From the NCBI GenBank assembly GCA_963770895.1, contig CAVYRF010000002.1, positions 3,456,001 through 3,520,000 of the forward strand: a DNA stretch of 64,000 nucleotides, read 5' to 3'. Position numbers and translations under genes: made by a program. Shown piece after piece: positions 10,372 to 18,938 of this stretch (position 1 is its first letter; each line of letters starts with the position of its first letter). The notes beneath the pieces are model-generated. The model made no database searches, was not told the origin of the DNA, and saw only the letters and a program-made list of their open reading frames with translations. The stretch comes from an uncultured Acidobacteriota bacterium. GTDB taxonomy: Bacteria; Acidobacteriota; Thermoanaerobaculia; Multivoradales; UBA5704.

Positions 10372-10372
10372 C

Positions 10373-10798
10373 TTACACCACCCCGCCGAGCACCCGCTCC
10401 AGGTTGCCGAAGAAGTTCTGCCAGCCGTATTTTGCGCCTTGATACGCCGCCTGCTGATCGGCACGGAAGCCGGAGTGCTCCATGCGCAGGTGGGTGCCGC
10501 CCTCCGCGGGAGTCAACGTCCAGAGCACCACGGAGTCGTGCCCCATCGTGCTCCAGCTGTAGGAGAGCCGTTGCAAGGGATCGACGATCAGCACGTCGCA
10601 GTCGATGACGCCGCTCCAGTTGGGCACCGGTTCGGAGCGGAATTGGAACTTGTGTCCGACCTCCGGTTGAAAGTCATTTTTCAGCAGCCATTGCGCGATG
10701 AGCGTGTTGTCGGTGAGCGCCCGCCAGAGCTTTTCCGGCGGGTGGGGGAATACCCTTTCGATCACGACGGTACGATTGGTCTCAGCGGGAGTGCTCAT
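10373..10798 (-). CDS. SRPBCC (AHSA1-like) domain protein
   Basis: IERVFPHPPEKLWRALT...GTHLRMEHSGF...GW. Overlaps the ArsR stop. Confidence 0.9.
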   Translation of the reverse strand: MSTPAETNRTVVIERVFPHPPEKLWRALTDNTLIAQWLLKNDFQPEVGHKFQFRSEPVPNWSGVIDCDVLIVDPLQRLSYSWSTMGHDSVVLWTLTPAEGGTHLRMEHSGFRADQQAAYQGAKYGWQNFFGNLERVLGGVV

Positions 10799-11121
10799 TG
10801 CTCCATCCTTTCCAAGAGCTCCTCAAGGCGGTCAAAGCGGTTGCGCCAGAATGCGCCGTAGTGCTGCAGCCAGTCGACCAGCGGCGCCAGCGCATCGGGC
10901 TGGGCGCGATAGTGCGTTTCGCGTCCGGCGCGGCGATGCCGCACCAGCCTTGCCTTCTTGAGCACCGTCAGGTGCTTGGAGACGGCGGGCTGGGAGACGC
11001 CGGCGTAGCGGGTCAGTGCGTGGACGGTCTGTTCGCCCTGCCGGGTCAACTCCTCGAAGATGCCCCTGCGCGTCGGGTCGGCAAGCGCACGGAACACCTG
11101 GTTGGCCATGGCCGGCTGCAT
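10795..11121 (-). CDS. ArsR/SmtB family transcriptional regulator
   Basis: VFRALADPTRRGI...SQPAVSKHLTVL...W...FDRL. Confidence 0.92.
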   Translation of the reverse strand: MQPAMANQVFRALADPTRRGIFEELTRQGEQTVHALTRYAGVSQPAVSKHLTVLKKARLVRHRRAGRETHYRAQPDALAPLVDWLQHYGAFWRNRFDRLEELLERMEQ

Positions 11122-11127
11122 GTCCAA

Positions 11128-11156
11128 ACCATAACCGAATGGTGATGGGTTGTCAA
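11128..11156 (-). promoter_or_regulatory. Sigma70-type promoter (leaderless) with an overlapping palindromic operator
   Basis: The minus strand reads TTGACA-N17-TATGGT-N6-ATG(11121). The palindrome CCATAACC-GAAT-GGTGATGG (11129-11148) overlaps the -10 and the spacer. Confidence 0.7.
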
Positions 11157-11192
11157 GAGCAGCGGCCGGTGTCCGTCAAATCCTTGCGTGGC

Positions 11193-13514
11193 TCAGTCGG
11201 GCGACTGGGCGAGCGCGACGATCAGCCGCACCAGGTTTTCGACGTCGCGGAGGTCCGCGACCTCGATTGGCGAATGGGAGTAACGCCCGGGCCAGGAGAG
11301 CGGCAGGACGTCGGCGCCCAGCGAGATGAAGGGTACGCCGTCGGTGGCGCCGCCGGTGCGGCCGACCTGGACGGGGATCCGCTCGTCGCCGGCGAGGCGG
11401 AGGGCGTGGTCGACCAGGCGGCGCGGCGCGTAGGAGGCGTCGTCCATCGCGCGCAGCACCGGGCCGCTGCCCAGAGGGGCGAAGGCGACCCGCCGCGATT
11501 CCAGCGGCGAGTCGGCGGAAACGAAGGTGTCCACCGGGTAGACCCGCAGCGTCGCATCGCGCGGCAGGGGCGCCGCGGCCGCGCCGGCGGGTGCGACGCT
11601 TCCGCCCTGCCGCAGCCGGCTGGCGATGGCGGTGGCGCCTTCGAGGCCCACCTCTTCGCCGACCGTCCAGGCGAAGGTCACCTGGCGCCGCAGCTGGGCG
11701 CGGTCGAGCTGCCGCAGAGCCAGCAGCAGGGCGGTCGAGCCTACGCGGTCGTCCATGCTGCGGCCGACGGCGCGGTGGCGCCCGAGCCGCAGGAGCTGCT
11801 TGGGCATGGTCACCGTGCTGCCGGGTTTGACACCCAGCGCCCGTGCCTCGGCGGCGTCGGCGACGCCCAGCGACACGGTGAGCGCGGCGACCGGTCCGTG
11901 CTCGGCGCTCAGCCAGTCCGGGCGCGGCTCGAAGACGCCGGCCACGTCGCCGCGCTCGCCGTGGACCAGCGCCGGGTGCGCCTCCCAGACCGAGGGGAAG
12001 ACGCCGCCCCGCCGCTCCACCTTGAGGCGGCCGTCCGGCAGCACTTCCTGGACGCGGAATCCCACTTCGTCCAGGTGCGCCAGGAAGAGCACCGGGTGCG
12101 AGCCGGGGAGGGCGTGGCCGGTGGAGACGATGAGATTGCCCGCTGCGTCGGTCGCCGGGTTTGCCCACTCGGGCAGCTGGCGCGCTACCTCGGCTCGCAC
12201 CTCGCCCTCGGCGCCGCTCACGCCGTAGCGGGCGATGAGGGTGCCGAGCAGCGCGGCCTCACGCTCGTGCGAGGGAGCTGCCGCCGGGACGGGAAGCTCG
12301 ACCGGCGCGGCGGCGAGCGGCGGCCGTTGCGCGCGGATCGGTGCGTCTCCGCCGCGGCCGGGAGCGCCGGCCAGCAGGGCCGCCAGCTGCTCGACGTCGT
12401 GCAGCGCCACGGTTTCGACCGGGCTGCCTGGATACAGCGCCGGCAGCCCCAGGTGGGTGACCGGCGTCGAGCCCCACCGGTCGAACTCGGGGCGCTGGCG
12501 CAGGTCCAGGTAGGGGGCGGATTGCAGGGCGCCCGGCGCGGCACCGGGGAGCGGCCCGTCGCTCAGCAGGCCGGCGCCCGGGCCGGGCGTCGCCACCTGC
12601 CGGGCTCGACCCTGCTCGAGCTTCCAGCCCAGGCCCCAACCCAGGTCGATCGCCGAGGCGAACGGTCCTTGCCGGTGCAGCAGGTAGTCAAGCCCGGCGC
12701 CGTTGACCAGGTCGAGCGTCGTCCAGGCGAACACCACGCTGCCGGCGGCGCGCCGCGACGGAGCAGCCGCTGCCGCCTGGTACAGCTCGCGGGCGGCCTC
12801 GGCCGCGGCGATGCAGCCGGCCTTGACGCGGGCCGCCGGTGCCGAGATCAGGCCGTGGGCCAGGCGGACGGGCTGCTTGCGGAGCGCCACCGGATCGAGC
12901 AGGCGCACGCCGAGATCCGCCACCTGGTCGCCGTTCTCCGCTCCCACGTCGACATGGGCGTCGTCGATCGCCAGGGGCGGCGGCGCGGCGGCAGGGTCTC
13001 TTTGCAGGTGGATCGAGCGCAGCGCCACCGCGCCGGGCACCGGGCCCCGCGCGCCGCCGATCATCACGATCTGCCCGGAGTGGGCCTGTTCCCAGAGCGG
13101 CCCCGCCGCCGGGCCCACCGCCGCCAGACGCAGGTACCCGTCGGGTTCGATGCCGCTGACCACGAAGCCCGGCTCGTCCAGGGAACAGACGACCAGGCGC
13201 CGCGGTTCGCCGCTGCCCAACTGGAGCACCAGGTTGCCCAGCGCGTCGCGATGGACCGGCAGGCCCGCCAGCCGCTCAGCCATGAAATCGGCGGCCTGCC
13301 CCTCCCGCCCCGCCACCGCCGGCACCCGCAGGAACGCCGCAAGCTCCAGCCCGAGGTCCGCAGGCGCGGCGGACGCCTCGGACGACGCCACCCTGCCGCC
13401 GCCGATCGCGCCGATCGCGCCGATCGCGGTCATCGCGGCGGTCGCGGCGAGCACGACGGCGATCGCCACCGGCAAGCGCCACGCCGCAGGCGTTCTCCCC
13501 TTGCGTTGTGTCAT
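11193..13514 (-). CDS. Secreted M42-family peptidase with two tandem M42 domains
   Basis: The C-terminal domain has AHLDEVG, MDDRVG, GEEVG and RYSHS. The N-terminal copy is degenerate. Signal peptide follows MTQRKGR. Confidence 0.85.
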   Translation of the reverse strand: MTQRKGRTPAAWRLPVAIAVVLAATAAMTAIGAIGAIGGGRVASSEASAAPADLGLELAAFLRVPAVAGREGQAADFMAERLAGLPVHRDALGNLVLQLGSGEPRRLVVCSLDEPGFVVSGIEPDGYLRLAAVGPAAGPLWEQAHSGQIVMIGGARGPVPGAVALRSIHLQRDPAAAPPPLAIDDAHVDVGAENGDQVADLGVRLLDPVALRKQPVRLAHGLISAPAARVKAGCIAAAEAARELYQAAAAAPSRRAAGSVVFAWTTLDLVNGAGLDYLLHRQGPFASAIDLGWGLGWKLEQGRARQVATPGPGAGLLSDGPLPGAAPGALQSAPYLDLRQRPEFDRWGSTPVTHLGLPALYPGSPVETVALHDVEQLAALLAGAPGRGGDAPIRAQRPPLAAAPVELPVPAAAPSHEREAALLGTLIARYGVSGAEGEVRAEVARQLPEWANPATDAAGNLIVSTGHALPGSHPVLFLAHLDEVGFRVQEVLPDGRLKVERRGGVFPSVWEAHPALVHGERGDVAGVFEPRPDWLSAEHGPVAALTVSLGVADAAEARALGVKPGSTVTMPKQLLRLGRHRAVGRSMDDRVGSTALLLALRQLDRAQLRRQVTFAWTVGEEVGLEGATAIASRLRQGGSVAPAGAAAAPLPRDATLRVYPVDTFVSADSPLESRRVAFAPLGSGPVLRAMDDASYAPRRLVDHALRLAGDERIPVQVGRTGGATDGVPFISLGADVLPLSWPGRYSHSPIEVADLRDVENLVRLIVALAQSPD

Positions 13515-13657
13515 CGCGCCGCTCCTCCCGTCGTTCGCGTCACACCCGTCGTCCAAACGCGGGTGCGCGGTCGCTCGTGCGATGATGGTACAGCGCGGCT
13601 CGATGAAATCCTCCCAGACTTGAGAGCGGGGCACCCCGCGGCGAAAGGTTATTCCTG

Positions 13658-14188
13658 ATGAGACTTTTGGCAAGCATCCTGCTGCCGGGCCTGCTGCTGG
13701 TCTGCGGTGACGCATTCTGCGCCCAGGACGGCTTCAGCGGCGTCCGCTGCGGCGCTGACGTCGCCAAGGCGCTGCGCGGGCAGGTCATGTCCGATGAAGC
13801 GGTCGCGACGATCGAACACAGGCACAAGGACCTGGACCTCAAGGACCTGGGAGCGGAAGAGCTGGAAAATGGCTGGTCCCTGATCTCCTGGCGGATCTGT
13901 GGCAGTGAGCTCATGCTGATCGAGGACCATCATTCCAGAGTGCGCGACGTCCTGAAGGTCCCGCCGCATTCGCGGAGCGCGCCGGAAACCAGCGGGCCGT
14001 GCACGTTGAAGGGCGCAGCCATTCCTGGGGCCGTCGTCGCGATTCTCGACCCGAAACCGGGAGCTGCCGATCTCCCGGCATCCGCCGCCTGGAAGATCGA
14101 CGAAAAAGCCGGCACGTTCATCCCACTGCCCACGGCGGGGCTGCTCTGCTCGCGAGCCGGGATCCTCACCGTCGATGGCGGCAGCTAG
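13658..14188 (+). CDS. Secreted hypothetical protein
   Basis: 176 aa with a signal peptide, GC-biased codons and paired cysteines. Confidence 0.7.
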   Translation: MRLLASILLPGLLLVCGDAFCAQDGFSGVRCGADVAKALRGQVMSDEAVATIEHRHKDLDLKDLGAEELENGWSLISWRICGSELMLIEDHHSRVRDVLKVPPHSRSAPETSGPCTLKGAAIPGAVVAILDPKPGAADLPASAAWKIDEKAGTFIPLPTAGLLCSRAGILTVDGGS

Positions 14189-14242
14189 CCCGCGGCCGCG
14201 CCGCCACCGCGCAGCCGTGCGCGGCGGCGGGGGAGCTGCAGC

Positions 14243-14458
14243 TCAGGGAAGGGTGACGGGAGTGCCGCAGATGAACTTGCCGTTGCAGATGAAGCCGGCG
14301 CAGGAGCCGCCGCCGCCCACGAACTCCATGCAGGCCATGTAGATCGGGCAGCCATCGGCGCCCACCCGCGGGCTGGCAGCCGCGACCTGGGCCGGGACGA
14401 GCCACGTGATGGTGGCCAGGGTGAGGACAAGAGCGATCAGGAGCTTGACGCGCTTCAT
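14243..14458 (-). CDS. Small secreted Cys-rich peptide (71 aa)
   Basis: Signal peptide MKRVKLLIALVLTLATITWLVPAQVAAA followed by a 5-Cys mature region. GAGGT RBS and an AT-rich upstream region. Confidence 0.7.
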   Translation of the reverse strand: MKRVKLLIALVLTLATITWLVPAQVAAASPRVGADGCPIYMACMEFVGGGGSCAGFICNGKFICGTPVTLP

Positions 14459-14593
14459 GGGGCACCTCATTTCGGACACATCGTTTGCATAATTGAGACT
14501 TACTGTTCATAAGGGTGCATTGTGACGGCGGGGTCGTGACCACCCGAGCCGGCTCGCCACCCCGCGGCGCACGGCGCATCAACCTCCCGTTGC

Positions 14594-15943
14594 TCAGGCC
14601 CGCGCTTGCAGCTCGGCGGCTGGGGTGCCTTGGATGGCGGCGTCGAGGATCTGGATGGTGTGCAGCACCGGCAGGCGTCTGCCGGCGCGCTCCAGACCGG
14701 CGGCGAGCTGCATGAGGCAGCCGGGGTTGGCGGAGGCGACCAGGTCGGGGCGGGTGGAAAGGCAGTGGCTGACCTTGCGGTCGCCCAGCTGCTCCGCCGC
14801 TTCGGGCTGCACCAGGTTGTAGATGCCGGCCGAGCCGCAGCAGAGGGCGGCATCGGGGATCTCCAGCAGCTCCAGGTCGGGAATGGTGTTGAGCAGGCGG
14901 CGCGGCTGGGCGCGCACCCCCTGGGCGTGCTGCAGGTGGCAGGCGTCGTGGTAGGCCACGCGCAGGGGCAGCGGATGGCGCACGGCGCGCGGTTCGAGGT
15001 CCGCCAGCACCTCGGAGATATCCTTGCATTTGGCGGCGAAGGCGCGTGCGCGCTGGGCGTAGCGCGGATCGTCGCGCAGCAGGTGGCCGTATTCCTTCAT
15101 GGAGGAGCCGCAGCCGGCGGCGTTGGTGACGATGGTATCCACTCCGGCTTGTTCGAAGACGTCGATGAGGCGGCGCGCGAACGCCTGGGCCTGCTCTTCG
15201 AGGCCGGCATGGACCATGAGGGCGCCGCAGCAGCCTTGCTGGCGGGGGATGACCACCTCGCAGCCCTCGGCGGCGAGCACGCGCACGGTCGCCGCGTTGA
15301 CCCCGGAAAACAGCACCCGCTGCACGCACCCGGTCAGCAGGCCGACGCGCTTGCGCACCGCGCCTTGGGCCGGGACGTGCTCGGGCGGCTGGCGGGCGCC
15401 CAGGTCGCGCAGGGAGAGCGCCGGCAGCAGAGCCTCCATCGAGCGCAGCTTGTGGGGTAGCAGCTGCAGGAGCCGCGTGCCGCGCACCAGCGCGCGCAGC
15501 CCGGACGCCTGGTACGCCCACGCCGGCAGCAGGGCGGCGCGCAACCGTGCGGGATACGGGAACAGGCGGAAGATCAAGCCGCGGTGGAGGGCTTCGGCGG
15601 GCGAGCGCCGGTGGCGGCGCTGGATCTGGGCGCGCGTGGCCTCGATCAGCTGGTCGTAGCGCACGCCGGAGGGGCAGGAGGTCATGCAGGCCATGCAGCC
15701 CAGGCAGCGGTCGAAATGCTGCACGACGTTGGCGGTGAGACTGGCCTTGCCTTCGGCGGCGAGCTTCATCAGGTGGATGCGGCCGCGCGGCGAATCCATC
15801 TCTTCGCCCCAGATCGTGTAGGTGGGGCAGGTCGGCAGACAGAAGCCGCAATGGACGCACTTCTTGTATAGCTCCGCGGCCGGCGGATTGTGAGCGTCGA
15901 AAGCCGGATCGCGGTGGGTGGCGTCGTCGGTGGCTGTCGGCAT
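14594..15943 (-). CDS. glcF: Glycolate oxidase iron-sulfur subunit
   Basis: CVHCGFCLPTCP and CLGCMACMTSCP, plus two CCG domains. In an operon with glcD and glcE. Confidence 0.92.
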   Translation of the reverse strand: MPTATDDATHRDPAFDAHNPPAAELYKKCVHCGFCLPTCPTYTIWGEEMDSPRGRIHLMKLAAEGKASLTANVVQHFDRCLGCMACMTSCPSGVRYDQLIEATRAQIQRRHRRSPAEALHRGLIFRLFPYPARLRAALLPAWAYQASGLRALVRGTRLLQLLPHKLRSMEALLPALSLRDLGARQPPEHVPAQGAVRKRVGLLTGCVQRVLFSGVNAATVRVLAAEGCEVVIPRQQGCCGALMVHAGLEEQAQAFARRLIDVFEQAGVDTIVTNAAGCGSSMKEYGHLLRDDPRYAQRARAFAAKCKDISEVLADLEPRAVRHPLPLRVAYHDACHLQHAQGVRAQPRRLLNTIPDLELLEIPDAALCCGSAGIYNLVQPEAAEQLGDRKVSHCLSTRPDLVASANPGCLMQLAAGLERAGRRLPVLHTIQILDAAIQGTPAAELQARA

Positions 15944-17238
15944 CAGATTCCCCCGAGGAAGCGGCCCGGGCTCAACGTCCCGTCCGGATCGAAGCGCTGC
16001 TTGAGGCGTAGCATGACCGGCTGGGCGTCGGAAGCGGGGCCCCAGACGTCCAGGCCGCGCTTGACCTCAGGCGGGCAGCCGAGCGCGACGATCGTGCCGC
16101 CGGGCCTGGTCTGGCTGCTGCCGTTGTCGCCGTTGCCGGCCAGCTCCTGGCGCAGCTCGAGCAGCGTTGCGCGCAGCGCCGGCGGGTCGCCCTCCAGCCG
16201 CACGGCGCCGGCGCCGACGCCCTGCACCACCAGCCGCCAGGCCAGCGACCGCGCCGCGGCCGCACGCTCGATCAGCGTGCACACCGCGGCGATGCGCGCC
16301 GGCAGCAGGCTGACCTTGGCGACCAGCGCCGGGGCGGCGCCGTCCCAGATGGCCTGGTGCGAGGTCCAGACATCGGCCGGCGCGTCGGCGGGGGCCGGCG
16401 AGGCGGCGGCCAGCTGCAGCACCTGGTCGACCTGGGCCTGGATGCCGGCCGCCGTACCATCGAAACGGACGTCGAGCTGCGCGCCGCCGGGCGCCGCGCG
16501 CAGCTGCAGGCCGATGGGCGTCAACCTGGAAGCCAGGATCGACAGCAGCAGCTGGTTGAGCGCCGCGGGCGTGCCGTGGAAGGAGAGGCTGCGCGTCGCC
16601 CTGGGCAGGGGGTGGAGGCGGAAGACCGCCTGCACGATCACCCCCAGCGTGCCCAGCGCGCCGGTGAACAGCTTGGCCAGGTCGTAGCCGGCGACGTTCT
16701 TGACCACCTTGCCGCCGCTTTTGGCCAGCGTGCCGTCGGGCAGCGCGACGGTGATGCCGATGATGAGGTCGCGCAGCGAGCCGTAGCGGAGGCGCAGCGT
16801 GCCGCTGTCGTTGGTCGAGAGGATGCCGCCCAGGGTCGCCCGCTCGGGCCACAGGGGGTCGAGGGCCAGGTGCTGGCCGTGCCGGGCGAGAGCTGTTTGC
16901 AGGTCGGCGACCCGGCATCCGGCTTCGGCGATGACCGTCATGTCGGCCCAGGCATGCTCGAGGACGCCGTTGAGACGCGCCGTCGACAGCAGCAGGTCGC
17001 AGGCGGCGGGCGGATTGCCCCAGCCCATCTTGGTGCCGCCGCCCCGCGGCGTCACCTTGAGCCCGGCGCCGTGCGCCCAGCGCAGGCAGTGTGCCAGCTC
17101 CTCGGCGGTGCCGGGTTCGGCGATCCTTTGCGGCTCGACGCCGTCGACGGTGTCGGCCGCGGTGGCCGGCCGCAGGTGCTCCTGCCCGAGGATCGCCGCC
17201 AGCTCCGGCCACTCCACCTGCTGCCCCGCCGCTGGCAT
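15943..17238 (-). CDS. glcE: Glycolate oxidase FAD-binding subunit
   Basis: GGKVVKNVAGYDLAKLFTGALGTLG and C-terminal LKQRFDP...PGRF. Confidence 0.88.
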   Translation of the reverse strand: MPAAGQQVEWPELAAILGQEHLRPATAADTVDGVEPQRIAEPGTAEELAHCLRWAHGAGLKVTPRGGGTKMGWGNPPAACDLLLSTARLNGVLEHAWADMTVIAEAGCRVADLQTALARHGQHLALDPLWPERATLGGILSTNDSGTLRLRYGSLRDLIIGITVALPDGTLAKSGGKVVKNVAGYDLAKLFTGALGTLGVIVQAVFRLHPLPRATRSLSFHGTPAALNQLLLSILASRLTPIGLQLRAAPGGAQLDVRFDGTAAGIQAQVDQVLQLAAASPAPADAPADVWTSHQAIWDGAAPALVAKVSLLPARIAAVCTLIERAAAARSLAWRLVVQGVGAGAVRLEGDPPALRATLLELRQELAGNGDNGSSQTRPGGTIVALGCPPEVKRGLDVWGPASDAQPVMLRLKQRFDPDGTLSPGRFLGGI

Positions 17239-17263
17239 CGCCGGTTTCCCGCCTCGCCGCTGG

Positions 17264-18712
17264 CTAGAAGCGTTCCGCCACGCCCGCGGTTTCCAGCGGA
17301 TGCGGTTGGTACACGCCGGGCTTTTCGCCGCACAGGCGCGGACGGGGAAAGACCTTGTCGGGATTGGACAGGTGCTCGGGATCGAAGGCGCACCGCACCA
17401 GCTGCATGGTGGCCAGGTCGGGTTCGGCGAACATCTCGGACATGAACATCTTTTTCTCTTCGCCGACGCCGTGTTCGCCGGTGATGGAGCCGCCGGCCCG
17501 GATGCACAGGCGCAGGATCTCGCCGGCCAGCGCTTCGGCCAGCTTGTCCTGGCCGGGCACCGCGTCGTCGTAGAGGACCAGCGGGTGCAGGTTGCCGTCG
17601 CCGGCGTGGAAGACGTTGGCGACGCGCAGGCCCATTTCGGCGCTGAGCCGGCTGATCTCGCTCATGACGAAGGGCAGCGCCGTGCGCGGGACCACGCCGT
17701 CCTGCACGATGTAGGCGGGCGAGATGCGCCCCACGGCGGCAAACGCGGCCTTGCGTCCCGTCCAGACGCGGGCGCGCTCGTCATCCGACTGCGCCAGGCG
17801 GATCTCCCAGGCGCCGCACCGGGTGCAGGCCTCGACCACCTCTTCCATCAGGGCTTTGACCTCGGGCGCCGGCCCGTCGAGCTCGACCAGCAGCAGGCCG
17901 CCGCAATCGGGATAGTTGGCGTGCACCGCGGCCTCGGCGGCCTGGATCGCCAGGTTGTCCATCATTTCGATGGCCGCCGGCAGCATCCCGGCGGCGATGA
18001 TGGCGCTCACCGCGGCGCCCGCTTCATTGGTGGAATGGAACGCCGCGAGCAGCACCTGGACGACCTCCGGCCGCTTCATGATGCGGAGGGTGACCTTGGT
18101 GGCGATGCCGAGCGTGCCTTCCGAGCCGACGAAGACGCCGCACAGGTCGTAGCCGGGACGGTCGACGGTGGTGTCGCCGAAGTGAGCCAGCGAGCCGTCG
18201 GGCAGCACCACCTCCAGGCCAAGGACGTGCGTGGTGGTGAAGCCGTACTTCAGGCAGTGCGCGCCGCCCGAGTTCTCCGCGACGTTGCCGCCGATCGAGC
18301 AGACCTGCTGCGACGAGGGATCGGGCGCGTAGAAGTAGCCGTCCGCCGCCACCCGCGCGGTCACGTTGAGGTTCATCACGCCCGGTTCCACCACCACCCG
18401 CAGGTTGGGCAGGTCCACCTCCAGGATGCGGTTCATGCGCGACAGGGCGATGACGATGCCGTTGGCCGCCGGCAGCGCCCCGCCGCTCAGCCCCGTGCCC
18501 GAGCCGCGGGCCACGAACGGGATCTTTTCGCGGTGGCACACGCGCACGACCGCCTGCACCTCTGCGGTCGACGTCGGCAGCACCACCGCCTGCGGCAGCA
18601 CGCGGAACACGGTGAGGCCGTCGCACTCGTAGGTGCTGAGCTGCTCCGGCTCGGTGATCAGATCCGCCGCGCCGACGATGGCGCGAAGCTCATCGAGGAT
18701 CCTGGCTTCCAT
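17264..18712 (-). CDS. glcD: Glycolate oxidase subunit, FAD-linked
   Basis: RGSGTGLSGG, YAPDPSSQ, GAHCLKYG, HAGDGNLHP and GEHGVG. Start at MEARILDEL with an AGAGGAGG RBS. Confidence 0.92.
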   Translation of the reverse strand: MEARILDELRAIVGAADLITEPEQLSTYECDGLTVFRVLPQAVVLPTSTAEVQAVVRVCHREKIPFVARGSGTGLSGGALPAANGIVIALSRMNRILEVDLPNLRVVVEPGVMNLNVTARVAADGYFYAPDPSSQQVCSIGGNVAENSGGAHCLKYGFTTTHVLGLEVVLPDGSLAHFGDTTVDRPGYDLCGVFVGSEGTLGIATKVTLRIMKRPEVVQVLLAAFHSTNEAGAAVSAIIAAGMLPAAIEMMDNLAIQAAEAAVHANYPDCGGLLLVELDGPAPEVKALMEEVVEACTRCGAWEIRLAQSDDERARVWTGRKAAFAAVGRISPAYIVQDGVVPRTALPFVMSEISRLSAEMGLRVANVFHAGDGNLHPLVLYDDAVPGQDKLAEALAGEILRLCIRAGGSITGEHGVGEEKKMFMSEMFAEPDLATMQLVRCAFDPEHLSNPDKVFPRPRLCGEKPGVYQPHPLETAGVAERF

Positions 18713-18938
18713 GGGATGCCCTCCTCTTTGCCGCGGGTGGCCGGCGCCCACCCGACGCGGCCGTGGCGCCCGCCCCTGATCGCGCTTGCCCTGCACCTGG
18801 ACTGGAGGCTGGACGATCGGCATGACCCTACGCCAGGGCCGGCGCGGAATCAAGATGCGCCCGCGGGGCCGTCCGAGGCGAGGGCATGCCGGTGCGCATA
18901 TCGACATCCGCACCGGGATGCCGGATGCTGTTGCGGCC

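Noticed and set aside
14503-14512. GTTCATAAG matching part of an S1 arm
   Set aside because: Only a 9-bp match with no core or partner arm.
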